A DNA stretch of 64,000 nt from Bispira polyomma (GCA_965649765.1 OZ287749.1:21266001-21330000), one strand, 5' to 3'. Positions 1 to 14,369 are shown, counted from the first letter of the stretch. The notes: generated from the letters alone by a model not told the origin. Program-made: numbers and translations.

Positions 1-3000
1 TTCGCATATTATGCAGAAGTAAATATGTGGACGTTAGCACAAAACCATTTATGTAGTACTTTACAATGTATTACAAAAAAATTAGAGGTAATTTTTTAGG
101 GCACTACGAAAAATAAATGCCCTTAAATTGTACTTTTATTTTCTATATTCCCCTCTACTTTGAGAGGACTATCCATTAAAATAGAGCAAGTCATGTGACC
201 ACATCTAAGCCAATGAAATATTAGGATTTTATGTTGACGTATAATATAACTACTACAGAAAACACATCATAAATGAAATACACTACAGCTGCACTAGAAT
301 ATTCCATTGGAATCAATAAAACATATTGTATTCGGAGTAAACGGCTTTGGGTCGAAGTTTTTTGCTTTAACATACCCACACACAGAACTAAATGATACTT
401 AATGTCTTGGACACGTGATATATAAACCCAAACCAATTTGTGAGTGACTTAAGTTACCCTTGCACAGTTGCAAAACCAGTTGAAAAACTGCTTCTGTAAC
501 AGAATCCGCTACTGGCTTCCATAAGTCTTAATTAGTTCCTCGTCTCTGAATCATTCATCTCTATTACATTCACTTATAAAGCCATTTATCTACAATACCT
601 GTAGCCGACCAAAGCTACCTGCACAACTGTCTGCAACTAAATTCCCATGGAATTCATATATTTTCTCTAAAAAATATCAAGCCTGTTAAAAATTGTACAT
701 GGAAGAAAACTACAATATACTTGCTCTAAAAAAGTTACTTGCATTGAAAACCAAGTTTAGGCATAACTAGAAAAATGTATTATTTTCACAGGGGACTGTA
801 AGATTTTGGTAATTGAATCAATCAAACCATTATTACTTACAATTGAACCAATTTGCATTAAAACCTGCTGCAAGACATGTTTCATTATCTTGAGCTATCT
901 CATAAACTACACTACTTTCCTTTTCTAGTCACCCAAGTTCACAGAATTGGTTATGTATCTGAAGGGTGTCATAAAAGACCTAGTTTTACTGATTTATGAT
1001 TCTGACTGAACAAGAGGCAGTAATCTGTTGATTCATCATCGAGTGTTGTTTTTGTATGTACAGCTATATAGGAGAAGCTCAATAAAAGGTAATGTCTACC
1101 AAGAGACACTAACTGTTGCCGTCTGAAAAAAACTTTGTTACCTCTCCTTAAACCCCCTTGCTTTTTTAGTTCCAACAGCAGAAATATAGAAGAGATCAAC
1201 ATGTAGTATAAGCCAGTCTTTGTAGATTACAGACATTGTGGGACGGTCCAAATTAGTGTGAGACCTAGGGTTTTTAATAAGTAGTTGTACCCACTTCCTT
1301 CTTCATAAAATGTTGTTGCTCTCTAACTGCCCCTGGCTTAGTTCCAACACAGGACAGCCTTTGTAGATTACAGGTCGGACCAAATTGTTTGCTACAGGAT
1401 TATCAATTAGTTCTTCCACTTAATTCTCAACAAAACTTTTGTTACCACATATAATACTCTTAGCGTAGGTGTAGATTGGTTGAAATAAACAAGTCATAGA
1501 CAGGTTACATTAGACAGTGTTTGTGGATTTGAACTAGAGAATGTTATTGTTTGGTAATGTTTTTTCTTTACACCTACAAAAACAAGCTGGAAATGCAGAT
1601 TCATGGCTATCACTCAAATGGAATGGAACAAGTTACCGATCAATGTTAGATCCCAATCTGAATCCTGTCTCTTTGGACTAGCTTGTCATCCTCTGTAAGA
1701 TATTCACAATGTTGGATGCCTATCTCGGTGATGACCCATATTCATGCTCAGGTCGATAACGGTATTTAAAACAGTTGAAAACTTTCATGATGGAGCTATG
1801 AATCTTCACTTATCCAAATGTTTCTGAAACATTTTTAGACTTATCGGCCAGTAGCGACTAACCAACACGGATAAATCACTGATCTGTAATCAGATTGTAA
1901 AGGCAATTGTAAATAATAAAGCTATAAGGATGATCCAAAGTATGAGACTGTTGTTTGTTATGGCCCGGTCACATATCTATTTTTAGCAGCTATATTAGAA
2001 CTACCTTTTGAAAAAAAATTTCAAAGTGAAAATTCCCTTCGATTTTGTTGCCAAAAGTCTGCACTTGTTCTGCTTTCCAAAACATTTGAGAAGTCAACAC
2101 AGAAGCTTTGTTTTGAAAATCCTCTTTCGCGATGTGTGCCTATTTGTGACGTAATTACCCCATTCTCTCTACGAATGTTATAACCTAATTACTACTTTAG
2201 TGTGCGATTTCAGAAACTTAGGTTCACATTTTGATACGTTACTTTAATTTATACCAAGAGTTTGAATAAATTATGATGTTTAAATCCGTATGTGTATGTG
2301 AAGTTGCATTTTGACTAAGCATGACGAATTTGGAATGAGTGAACGGATCCTTAATGAGGCCAACGGCAGAAAATGATGTCATAATCACTATTTCAACATG
2401 TTCTACCTACGATACGTTTTAGTACTACACAGTAATGTATATACACATTTCTTGGGACTGAAGTATAGATAGATATTTATTGCATTTAGACTAAATTCAA
2501 GTCAGTAGGTACTACTCTAATAGATACCAAAAATATAATCACAGCAATAACAACCCAATTTCTGATCACTTAATGTTGATTGAATTATTCATCAGAGGCA
2601 AACAAAAGCCTTAAAGCAATAAGAATATTTTATAATAATAAAAAAAAAACTTGATTATCAATAACTTCAATAAGTTGTGTTCACTGTTTCATTCATTTCT
2701 AGTTAGTTCCACTTCTGGAGTTGTTTACCCACATTATTTCTGGTTAGTTTTATTTTTTTGGTTATTTATCTCTGTTACTTGTAGCAATGAAAAGCTATCT
2801 GGTAGCATTACATCACTCACTATCCAGTAAGACATATGGAATGGATGAAAAAAATAGACTGGGCGGCTTAGTAATTTTTAGAATAAAATTTAATAAATGC
2901 AAATATATGAAAAACAAATCATATTAAGCATATTTACAGAACCAATCAATATTTTTAGTAAAAATGTCAGTTATCAATAATTATATTTTCTCACTGATAT

Positions 3001-4809
3001 GATTTATTTGATCATATTTTTACAGATACATTTATTACCGAAATATTTGCCTCAGTAATGTTCCTTGATGTTTGATGATTGTGAAATTGTTTTTGTATTC
3101 AGGACAGCTCCATGTCCATAGTCTTTTAAAATGATACTCCTTTATTCAATCAATATGAATATCTCATAAATAACTATATTTAGAAAAGAATGGGCATAAA
3201 TATGAAATTATAGAAGCAGAAGTATTACTACATTTTTACATTCATTCTGATTGATTCAGGTGTTAGGGCAAAATCATGAGCGCATAAAATCAACCTCTTT
3301 TCTGAATACTGTGATGCCATGTAACCACCAAAAGCTTGAAATGCATATTTTATGTTGATCAAATTTCAAAGAAAGCACTAAATTCATTTTCATCAGAAAA
3401 TTTTTCAAAAGTCACTTTCTTTTCTTAATTTTCTGATAAATGTGACGTTTTCTTTAATTAAACCCCTCTTTAAAACTTCATACCAGTGGCTTTTTATAAT
3501 CACGGGTCATTCATTTCTCTGGTGACTACTTTTTAGAAAAAAATAGACATATAAAGTCCACCACTTCCCGAGGAGGTCAGAGACAATTGAATGTAAAGCA
3601 AATTTTGAACTACTTTTTTCCTATGTTATCTCTCAGCAATCTCATCAGAGAAAATAGTTTTTCAGTAATTCTAGTAGATTAGAGAAATCTCACTAAGGTA
3701 CTATTTTAGTTAGTATATGTCTACAAAATTGTCCCTGTTTTGTATTCTAAACCTCACCAGTTATTACAGTCACAATAAATTATGCCTCTTAATATGTAAC
3801 ACAACAGTGGCATAAATCTCCACAATTAGGCAGGAATGGAGGTAATTGTGAGAGAAATGTATTGTGGGAAAAGAACTGATTACTGCATTTATCCTGTTTA
3901 ATTGGGGTCACTAGGATTGAGTTAATAACTTGTCCTTCTCCCCTCTTTTTCCATGTGTCAACTTAAATACCTCCAGTGTTATGCAGAGAAAGTATCCACA
4001 TAAGATATTTATTTTATCAAAACAAAATTATGGAACATAAATGCAGGATTTCAATAATAATTACACCAAATATCATATCTCTAAAATACTTTATATTTTA
4101 GACCATTGTATACGCATTGTCACGTTACATCACATATTATTATATAAATGACTATATAAGAACAAGACAATTAGTTGCTTCATCAACTGTTTTGTCCATC
4201 TTTTATACAATATATCACAAAAGCCCATGGCTCAAACCATCACAATAAAGAAAGCAAATGCCTGGCTTCCTGAAGCAAAGACCAATTATTGTCAAATAAA
4301 TGAAGAGCCAGACAGCTCAAAGAATGGGTTAACAAGGCCAAATAAGACAGCCTTGATATGTCTAGTAGGCAAGCAAAAAGTGGCTTCGTACTGTCAAGTG
4401 TAGATTTCCTAACTTAGGTCAATCTGATTTGAAGACTATGATGGGTGCTGCTTTATGTCAAATTATTTCAAATTTATTTACTGGGGTGCCACTGAAGTCC
4501 AGTAAGTCATACATGTTGGCCGGTTTCATCAAAGGAGAAAGCACACCACATGGGGCAGATGCTTTTAGTTGCCATTGTTTTGGCTTTAAAAGTATATATT
4601 TTCATTTTTCCTAGACTTTTAATAACTCTACTTTAAAGGTTTCCAAAAACAATAACTCATAACTGTAGAGGTGTGAGGTAAGAGTGTTACCTAGGACAAA
4701 CTCTGAATATTTTAAGTATTGATCTTCCATACTGCTATACTAATACCCAATCCTTCTTTGAAAAATGTTGTTAGGGTTTTCTGTAAGGATAATCTGGGAT
4801 TTATTAAGC

Positions 4810-4986
4810 ATCACACTACTTGCATATGCTTCACCAATGTGAGTTTGAATCCTGTAGTTCCTTCATGTGGAAAAGTTTGTTAGGTACTGGCTGTAGGTCG
4901 TTGGTTTAAAGTGCTTCCACCATTGTATCTGCCTATCGTGATATGATCTAAGCTGTTCAAACTGACATAAAACCCAATTCAATTCG
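4810..4986 (+). mobile_element. Degenerate tRNA-derived SINE (V-SINE-like family)
   Basis: B-box-like gtttgaatcct, then catgtggaaaag...ggtcgttggttt...ccaccattgtatctgcctatcgtgatatga...taaaacccaa. The same order of blocks recurs at 38430-38650 and, inverted, at 5160-5365 and 48278-48465. Confidence 0.6.
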
Positions 4987-5159
4987 AACTCCAATGATAT
5001 TTTACAGTTAACTGTTAAAGTCTAATGTATAAAAGCTAATATTGCATATATACACATGTGCTAAATGTGCTTTATAGTCAGGTACTTCCCTGGTAGAAGC
5101 AATCAGAACAAGGAAATGGTCATGAGTTTCCGCCTCTGTAAACCACCAGGTGCAAAAAT

Positions 5160-5365
5160 ATAGTTCAACGTCACTTTCAACACATTTTGTGTCATATCAC
5201 GATGTGGCAGTTAGTTCACTGGTAGAGGAATTCAATTGGTCAAGACTTTTTGCTCTGCAAACTACCGGCCTTTGGCAAGTCTACTGCCAGCTTCTCCACA
5301 TGCATGCTAGGGCCATGATTTGAACCCAATACTACGGAGGTGTTCCCACTGCACCACTCAGGCAA
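5160..5365 (-). mobile_element. Degenerate tRNA-derived SINE
   Basis: Minus strand: A-box tggtgcagtgg, B-box ggttcaaatc, catgtggagaag core, and tail atcgtgatatgac...gttgaaagtgacgttgaac shared with the other copies. Confidence 0.6.
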
Positions 5366-7865
5366 CAGTATAGTCACTAAGTTTAATTATGCAGACACAA
5401 TCCCTTTACACTGAAGAACACACATACCAAATATTGCACTCCACTGCACACATCCAGGTCTACTTATAACAACCCCTTTTATGTATTGCTACCATATTTA
5501 CAGCTGTCAAGTGGATAAAGAAAACTATTGGGAAATGTCACCTTTCTTCTACTAAATAGGAAAAGACCGGTTGGGGAAAAGATTAACAAGGTTAGGAGGA
5601 TAGCCTTGATATGTCTCTCAGAGAAAGGAGGGGGAGTGGGGCCAAGAGACTCTGATATGGCTATCAGAAAATTGGCTAGAACCAAGTCAGAACAACAAGA
5701 AGGGCTTATTAATGACTTCATTATTTTTGAGGAAGAGGGGGTGAACAAGGGTATATGTGTTTATATTCAGTGTATTATATTGAAAGGGTCACAATAGCGG
5801 GTTATTTCCAGCCATGTCACAATGGCAAGAAGAGCTTGTTGATGATTTTTTTGGTGAACCAGGGTATATATATTTATACTAAAGCTATTCTATTTATGAA
5901 GCTTTTCTATTAGACAGGTCATAATAGCAGGGTATTGTGGATTAGAGTTGAATATCCTAATATTTATAGTAATTAATTTAAAATCTCTTGAATTCGAAAC
6001 TTACAAGTCTAATTTAGCAGCAAAATATATTGACATCAACTTCTGCAAGTATAATACCATAGCTCAGAAAGTATTGTACTATTACTTAGCCTTATAGAAA
6101 AATGACTAACAATTTGACACAAAAAATGACTTGCAAAACAACAGAAAAATAGGTACACAGGATAGAAAGGTGAGTTCAAGTTTATAAATAGAACATGTAA
6201 TGTGCAGACATACATCATTTAACTCTGACATCAGTGTATCAAGTGTATCATTTGTCAAAAAAGACTTTCTAACTTCAAAGTTCAGCTAATGCCTTTACTA
6301 TATTAGTCTCAGTTTGATGCAATTCTAGATAAAACTCCCCCTCTCCCTCTGTCTTGAGATTGATTCGACTGTGAACTTATAACTTAGATATTCATATTTA
6401 TACAATCACTAAGGTAGCAGTAAGATGACGAAAATACATATTACTACTTGATAAATGTTTAGTGCAACTTATTCTTCAGATAAGTAAAGTTAAGGCTAAG
6501 ACAGCCCTGTATTAAGCAATGGTAACCCAGGGAAATGATGATGGCTGGAAACTAGTTAACTGGTGTAGGTAGACTGGGTTAATAAGGGTAAATACATAAA
6601 CCTTGGAAACAATTATGTCACAAGTGAAACAATTAGGACTGATGCGACACAATGAATTACCCTTGATATTATTCTGCAGAGAATCTATTTTTTTGCCAAA
6701 TGATTATATCTTACTTCTCTCTAATTTGTCTACACAAAATATTTTATAATGACAATCCATGTTCATTGCCCAACGATTATATACAAACTAAATTGTATGA
6801 TGAAATGTAAAACTGAAATTGTTACATTTCATGTTATAATATCTATTACAAAAGAAGTAGTCTGTAAGGTTTAACATTACTTTTAGCACATTTGTATCAT
6901 GCCATGACAGGTTGTTTATTGCTGGATCAGAACACGGCTTTTGTTTAAGATTTCTAATCTGCAAACCAACAGCATTCAGTGAGTCTACTGCTAAGTTTCC
7001 CACATACATGCCAGGGTCATGATAATTCAAACCCATGATTCATCCGTGGGACAACGCATTTGTATGACCAAACAACCAACAAGTTAAAGTAGCTTTAAGG
7101 CAATACTTATGGCAATATAATTATAAATAATAGAACTGAGATTATCAACCAAACATTGTATATTAATTGAAAAACTCTTTATACCTTAAAATCTCAAACG
7201 CAATAGATAACAAGGAAAGACTCTATCCAAATTAAATTTAAACACAATTACAAGTAATATTAACCACAATAATGTTTGTTTCCATTTGCAAAACAGGAGT
7301 CATTAAAAGCGATACACAGGGCCCCAGTAAGTTAATACTGGATAAAGTGATACTTTACCATAGAGAGTTACTTGCAACAACAGAAGTGCGATTGCTAGAA
7401 GTATCACTTAAACTCTGGGTATAAAACATTTGATTTTACAACAGACATTTATGAACCCTTCATCTTAAGTTCTTATGGTTACTATTTTGTTTATTATAAA
7501 TCTGCAACACTAGTATCAGTTAAAACTAAATGCCTTGATTAATCAATAGTTAACAGTAATAGAACAACATTATCAATGTAACCTTTAATAAAGTCATCCT
7601 CCACTCTGTGAATTGTAGGTGTCAATTCAGCCTAAATCAGCTGCAAAATTTCATGGTATAGAGAGCTGGATAAATCCATCATCACACACAAACAGGGTAC
7701 ATATCAATTCTAAGAGCTCTCAACTCCACTAAGCATTGATGGCTTACCTTGAGAGATTTTAGACTGTGTTTTCTGTCAACAACCCACAATTTCAGGGTAA
7801 ATACCATTATCTCCGTTTGGGATTTCTGATGTATTGTGCTCAGTTACCGAGGCATTTGTGTTGTT

Positions 7866-8209
7866 TAAACAACACTGTGTCATTACTATGTTTAAAAACT
7901 TGGTCTTTTGGATTTTCATTTGTTTTTTATAGCTGTGTTTGATATGTGTGAAGAAAAAGTTATTGTTATTCAAGAAAAAGTGGCACTGTTCCAGAAGCCA
8001 CTGATAGATCCTTCTGTTCATCATATCGATTGGGTAGAATACAGATATACTGGACAGGTTAATGATAGTAATGTTAGCGAAATAAATATACCGGGATATG
8101 GTGCAGATTACATAGATCTAAACAACACTGGGTCATTACTATGTTTAAAAACTTGGTCTTTTGCATTTTCATTTGTTTTTTTCATAGCTGTGTTTGATAT
8201 GTGTGAAGA
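7866..8209. repeat. ~90-bp direct repeat pair (7866-7954 and 8119-8209) flanking a 164-bp unique insert
   Basis: taaacaacactg(t/g)gtcattactatgtttaaaaacttggtcttttg...gatatgtgtgaaga occurs twice with only a few differences. Confidence 0.9.
7971..8120 (+). pseudogene. N-terminal fragment resembling a Maverick/Polinton (adintovirus-like) major capsid protein
   Basis: QEKVALFQKPLIDPSVHHIDWVEYRYTGQVNDSNVSEINIPGYGADYIDL fits the pattern L.LF..P.....I....WVEY.P.........EF.I.G.G..YIDL that I recall for this capsid family (F54H12.2-like). Recognised by eye. Confidence 0.6.
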
Positions 8210-8662
8210 CTGAGCTCTTTTAATAGTTATTTTTGTTATGACATATTTGATGCCTACAACATAGCAGTAGTTGTCATCAGAAGTCAATGTGTTCACATCT
8301 TTCCCAAGAATTTTTTTTATCCTCAAATGTAGCTTACTGGTAGTTGACCTAGGAACCTGCATTCACATGACCAATCCCTAAAACTACCACGTGAATCTTT
8401 TTTGAGAATCCAGTCAGAATTCCAAATAAAAATAGAGCTGAATAACAACAAAGGTTCCAAAAATAAATGGAATTCAGACATATGGTGAATTCAAACATAA
8501 ATTACTTTATTTGAGGTTCGATAAATCTTTGTTTGATTAACACTTAAACAACTATATTGTTGGTGTTTTAATCTACATTTGTGGAATTACCTTCACAAAA
8601 GATCAAATATGATACAAACATAATAGAGCAATACACATGTTAAGCTACTTTGCATTCCTTGT

Positions 8663-8815
8663 GCTGTCCCTAGTCTAGTGGTTAGAGTGATAGTAATGTA
8701 ATCACGAGATCCCTGGTCCGACACTCAGCTTGAGAGTTGGTATGGTGACCAGAAAGTCCCCAGTTCAACTCCTGGTAACACCATCATTAGATAACATCCT
8801 TGGACAAGATATAAA
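8663..8815 (+). mobile_element. tRNA-derived SINE head remnant
   Basis: A-box tagtctagtggttagag, B-box-like gttcaactcct, and a CORE-like tccttggacaaga block. Confidence 0.4.
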
Positions 8816-10464
8816 CATGCCATTGCCTACTGAACAAGACCAATTGGCTATGTATAAGGATTATGATTAATGGTTTATTCATTCTGATGTTGCGATAAAG
8901 ATGATGCCTGTCATCAATAAAGCACCTTTACAAAGTACAATACAGTTGTAAGACATAATGTAACATAACAATTTCCTGCCCAAGCTATAACGTGGGCAAA
9001 GTAATTAATCAGCCATCACTTTCTTAAGGAAGTAAGTTCACCCCAGTCTCTTTGCCTCCATTGTGTCACTGGAAATAAAAGGCATTGTATCCTTTTAAAA
9101 AGAAACTTCCTTCTGAAACATCTTTAATGGCCATTTATTTCTGGAGTGACTACTTTCAACTGTTGTAAAAATACACATGCAAAGCCCCCATAAGATGAAG
9201 TGGTCATTCAAATGATTTGATGACTACCCATCTCCCACGCCCCTCACTAATTCCCTGGTACAGGACAAACAGGAGTTCCACTATCCAATCAACCCGATCA
9301 TTTGTTTAAGGTCAATATACTGAACTAGTTTTTAAAGGTGAGAAACTTTGCTAAATGTCGTCTGCAGAAAGTGAAAATAAGGCTCAAAACTCTTTTTGTC
9401 ATTCCAGTCCCCTTTAGATTGACTGATGTGTATCTGATGGATTGTTATTCATTTACTGTATAGGCCACAAAAAGCCACGTTTCCACTGAAACTTCGGATT
9501 CTCTGGTATTTGAGATTCAATAAGAACTTTCAAGGATGACACAATATCCATTTAGCACCAGATTTTTTGTAATGTTGGGCAAAGTTTTTCTAGCATAGTT
9601 TAAAGTTTAAAAAAATACAACTAAAATTTAAAAAAAATAGATGACAAATTGGGGTAATACTGTTTAAGTAGACATTGTAGCTTGTAGAAAATTTCACTAA
9701 TTTGTAAAAAATTCACTGGAATTCTTTTTCACTATTGGCCATTTTTGGAGTTTAAACATAAATAGATAGAAATTTTCTCACTGGGAATTAATTCAACTGT
9801 CCAAGATGATTAAAACAACTAAAATTGATTCCTAGTACTTTAGGGAGTTGGCCATACTTAGAGATAATCATAGCCCCTCAGTAAAGTAATGAACCGTGTT
9901 GGTGTGTCTTGTGTTTACACGCTGTCTGAGTTGTAATCTATCTTAATCTATCAGGTACTATATAAGCTTTCTTTTTAAAAATGTCCCTTGACTAAAGACG
10001 TCAGTGTATGTCCAAATGTTTTAAAATAAATATAACACACTTTGTTTGACACTGAGTCCTAAGGTTTGACGGAGAATACAACATCGAACACATTTCAAAT
10101 TGTTTAGACTTTTCTCTTGGCTATTTCATTGTTACTTATATTCTAAAATTGGTTTTGTGTGTCCTTAACTAATAATAAAACTCAGTTCTCACATACCAAC
10201 ATGGTTACAGTTATATTGAACTTGTGTTGTCCTGAACTTTATTGATAAAGCCTATTTCTTCTGTTTGCATCCATAATGCAATTGAAGGATTGACTCATTT
10301 ACTATGTATCCATAACAACCCTGATTACTGACCTCTGTTTATAATCTGGATAAACTGAACCAAACCAATGTACCCCAAATTAAATTGGATATGACTATCA
10401 CATCTAATGACTGATTATCAAGGAAAGCTAGGTAAAACCTAACTAAAAATGTTTATATCATTAC

Positions 10465-10694
10465 CTGAAAGTGAGTACTGTCAGAGGCCTGTATGACTTG
10501 TGGGAGTCTTTAGACCACATAGATTTCCCCCAGTAATCATGTGTCCACAGCTCCCACAGTGAACTCTGTAGTCTGAGGTCTGCATTCTTTACTATAGCTG
10601 GGATATCGTCATGTACTAAGTCACCCCCGAGGGAGTTTACATAACACAGTACTGCCACACAACAGGGAACAAGACACAGATTCATATGGTGCAT
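10465..10694 (-). CDS. TMTC1: First coding exon of a TMTC-family protein O-mannosyltransferase (most like TMTC1)
   Basis: Translation CYVNSLGGDLVHDDIPAIVKNADL...WTHDYWGKSMWSKDSHKSYRPLTVLTFR carries the TMTC N-terminal signature (TM helix, DD motif, D(F/Y)WG, SHKSYRPL). VHDD and WGK favour TMTC1 over TMTC2-4. It ends at a phase-2 splice donor AG|GTAATG (GT at 10464-10463). No downstream exon was identified in the window. Confidence 0.9.
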
Positions 10695-11012
10695 CTTGAT
10701 GTACTTTATTTTAGGTTTGTCCTTTGCTCTGCAACTTTATCCTTGATTATACTACAAAGGTGCATTTTGACTTAATTTTATGGTTTACTTTTTGGGGGTT
10801 TGACCCTACCCTCCATAAAGGTATACACAATGCATTTGGACCTGTTTTAGAGACGAGTAATAATTTGCAATAACTTTCAAAATATACCACTAATTCTTTA
10901 CAGAATAATTGACATATTTAATTCCAGTGCATTCATAAAAATCCTCTCATGTTTTGTCATATCAAGTTCAAAACAAGTACATTGTTTTTTCTATAGTATA
11001 TTAATCACTCCT

Positions 11013-11035
11013 CTAGAAAAAGAAACAAAAGAGTG
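11013..11035 (-). promoter_or_regulatory. Candidate splice acceptor upstream of the TMTC ATG (would imply an upstream non-coding exon)
   Basis: Minus strand reads ctcttttgtttctttttctag|agg, a long polypyrimidine tract plus AG, about 320 nt upstream of the ATG. Confidence 0.35.
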
Positions 11036-11254
11036 TGTGTCCTTTTACTGTGGAAACTTTAACAATTCACAAAAGTCAGCTTTTTTAGTGAGTGAGGGTA
11101 AATCAGTAAAGTTTACTCCCAGACTTCACTGTCCTTTCTGTAGTATATAAACCCTCCTCCTCATTATACTCAGTGAGTAAAGTGTCATCTCACAAACATC
11201 TCTAGACTATCTCTCTCTGAAATCAACCCTAAAAATACAGCCCACACACTAACA

Positions 11255-11440
11255 CAAATATATATAAGCAGCAAGATGCCCTTTAAACAAATATTGGGGC
11301 AGCACAGCTTGAGAGAGTTTTTAAAAAAGTAACTCATGAATGTCAATATAGGTTTTGTGGCCCAAATTACCCAGCCCTTAGCTGTGTAAGCTGAGTTTTG
11401 TAATATCAGAACAGAAGCCGCCTGTTTCCATTGGATTGTA
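11255..11440 (-). promoter_or_regulatory. Alternative candidate TMTC core promoter (CCAAT and TATA-like elements)
   Basis: Minus-strand CCAAT at 11430-11434 and TATATAT around 11258-11266. Motif evidence only. Confidence 0.2.
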
Positions 11441-12214
11441 AACCACCAGCTGACTGAATAGTTTAAGTATGTATTGTCTGTTATATATACACATACAGCA
11501 GATTTCTGAGGACCTTTTTTCTCCTTTTACTGCAGCCTCTGGGCTTAGAGTTGAGCAGCTTGGTAGTGTTAGTATAACTATTGTAATTGGATGACTGTTT
11601 GCAGAGAGGATGAGGGAAGGGGGGAATCACAGACTCACACACACGACAGCCAACACAACTATGTGTATGTCTTGGAGTTTTCTCTAAATGTGTGCTCTTG
11701 TTGGTAGTTGCTTTACCAGCATCCCGGCAGATGACTTTTGATCTACTCATGGTGTACTGTTGTGACAGATCCCTTTAAATGATGCAGAAAGGGCTGACCC
11801 GAGGCAAAGTTTAAGCTTTTTAAAGCTTCTTTTTAGGTTTTAACATATTATTTGGCTATTAAGTTTTACCAAGAGAGCACTATATTTTTATTTGGCCATT
11901 GGCTGTTTGTACCAATATTATTTGAATCTAAGAAAGGTATATCTTTTGTATTTAACATTCTGTATTTATTTCTATTATAGTTTACTCTTGCAACTGACAA
12001 ATGAACAGAATAATAGTCACAAACCAGCATGACCAAATCACCTTGCGCCACTTCCCAGAGGATATAACTGCTGTATACATGCAGTCTTGTACAGGTGTAT
12101 AAATGAAAAATACACAAGTAAATTTATTATTATAAAAATATCCATGACACCAGAATCATTGTATACTTAAACCGTGGTCACACATTGCTGACAAAAATCT
12201 GGAAAAGCAAAATA

Positions 12215-12730
12215 AAAGGGGCCTTCAAACGAGACAGTATGATGACACCCAGGAGACACAGATGTGACAGCCATGAGACCACAGTGAGACAGCATTGAGA
12301 CAAGGATACAACAGTGTCACAACAAATGGGAATTTGTTGTCGCACAACAGTTAAAAGACCATTGTCAGATATTAAAGTGATTTTTGTCACCTTATTGTCT
12401 CTTTCATGTCCTCTGCTTGTGGCTTACAGTCACCTACTTTAATTTTTTTGGTGACAATAATAACAATGACACAACATTAAAGGTACCAGACAAAGATGAG
12501 ACAATAGGTTATTATCTCCTTATTGTTGACTCAAATTTTTGTCGTTGCACTGAATTTGAACATTTTAAAATTTCACGATAATCGGATGGAGGCGATTATT
12601 GGAGACAACAAAGAGACACAAAAGGAATTGAGGAGACATCAAGGAGACAATGGGGAGAACCTCTTGTGATAAAACCACATTTTATGCCGCCGTTTGTCGC
12701 CGAGCCAGTTTGCCTATATGGGAAGGGTCA
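12215..12730. repeat. GAGACA/GACA-rich degenerate element, probably a non-autonomous DNA transposon (Harbinger-like subterminal repeats)
   Basis: GC-richer island with many gagaca/tgtc motifs in both orientations. No clean TIR pair could be established. Confidence 0.35.
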
Positions 12731-14369
12731 TTTACTAGGTAAAATGATTTGATGTTTTAAAACCTTATTTTCAAACATTTTGTGAATTTTACATAAAAAA
12801 TTCATCAAAACCTCATTATTTGTAATTTAAGCCAGTCAGAAAAGTATCACCTTTAATTTGTTTCCCTTTATTCTGCTTTTGATTTAGAAGATGATGCCTG
12901 TTGTCAGACCAGAAGTGCCCACTCGGGTTTTCTGATTATTACTATATATATGTTACTCAATAGCTACAACATTATCAAAGAGTACCATCTGAACTCAGAG
13001 TAAGTGTAACCAAATCTAGTCATATGAACTTTTATTCCTTTAGGTGCTCTTTGATAGAAGTACTTCATTTCTGGTATTCACAGATATCTTATTCCTAAAT
13101 GTTTGTCTGAACCTCTTTGATTGGCTAAAATAATTTTTTTAAGAATGTTTGATGCCTAAATCTATAATTTAAGTACATATTGATATTTTTTAAGAGTGTC
13201 CAAATCCTTGTTTAACCACATTAATGGACCAGTTGGATTAAACTTCTTTAAGCTAACATAAAAATTAATAAACAAATGATTTGGGACACTGTATTGAATT
13301 GTTTTATATTCAAATTGTTTTCTATTAATTTATTTTCTTCCCTTAATAAAAAAATCATTAATATAATTTTTTTTCAGGTTGGCATCATAAAAGTCCAACA
13401 GACTAGAACTACATTTTGGACAATTTAATTTATCATTTTACATATTCTGCAAAAATAAATGTCGTAGAAAAGTTTCACATCATTATAAAATTGTTATTAA
13501 GAAATACAAATAAGACTATATCAACCAAAAGAGTACCCCTAAAAATTGTAGCAAATAGAAACTTAGTAGTCGCAATAAAGTTTTAAAAAGCATCTCCTTT
13601 TAATCCTTTCCCTCTTAAGGACATTCTCCTTGATGTTAACCCGTAATAATGACAGAAAACTGGAAATTAAAACATAAAACCCACTTAAAACTGGAAACAA
13701 TAATCTCCTTAGTTCCTGATATTAGCTTTATTTATGTGTCAAAGCCTTTTGTGGTTCCAACTCTGAAAAGCCCCCATTAAACTTTGCAATAAACTAGCTA
13801 AATCAGATAATTAGTGGTTACTACAAAAACATAAATAGTCAAAGCTTTGAGTCATTTTAAAGTTAACCTTGACAGGAAAAAACACATTTCACATTAAACC
13901 AACATTATTTTTTATGGCATTTTATTGTGCTAGAAGGCTCGAATAAAACATCACTTTTAAATAAAAAATTATACTTTGATGTAAAGAGTTTCTTTCTTAT
14001 GATGCAAAGTGGAGAGAAGATAATGATATTTTACTGGCTAATCTTTATGTGAGCCACTTTGTTAAAAAAAATAACGTTTGTAACATTGGCAATAGATATA
14101 AAATTAAAGTTTAAAAGGGCTCCCAAACCGGACGTGATCTGAAATTTCTATCAAGCTTGTAGAAAGGCTTAACTAAAAAGTTGTATTATATTTCAGACTT
14201 TAACCACTTTAATAAATGTGAAGCATCCTCCAAAAGCATGGAATAGAAAAACAATTTATTAGGATCCTATTATATATCCAACTGACCGTCACCATCAGTC
14301 GTCCCCAATGACAATTATGGTGTACCAGATGCTCATCTGTTTTCCGTGACAGTGACTTATGGAAAAACT

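Noticed and set aside
597-640. Possible downstream TMTC mini-exon (ttgcag...CAG|gtattg on the minus strand)
   Set aside because: Splice-like ends exist, but no frame gives a convincing TMTC motif.
5528-5797. Overlapping 89-aa ORFs on both strands
   Set aside because: Purine-rich intronic sequence with a non-ATG start on the plus strand and no recognisable homology.
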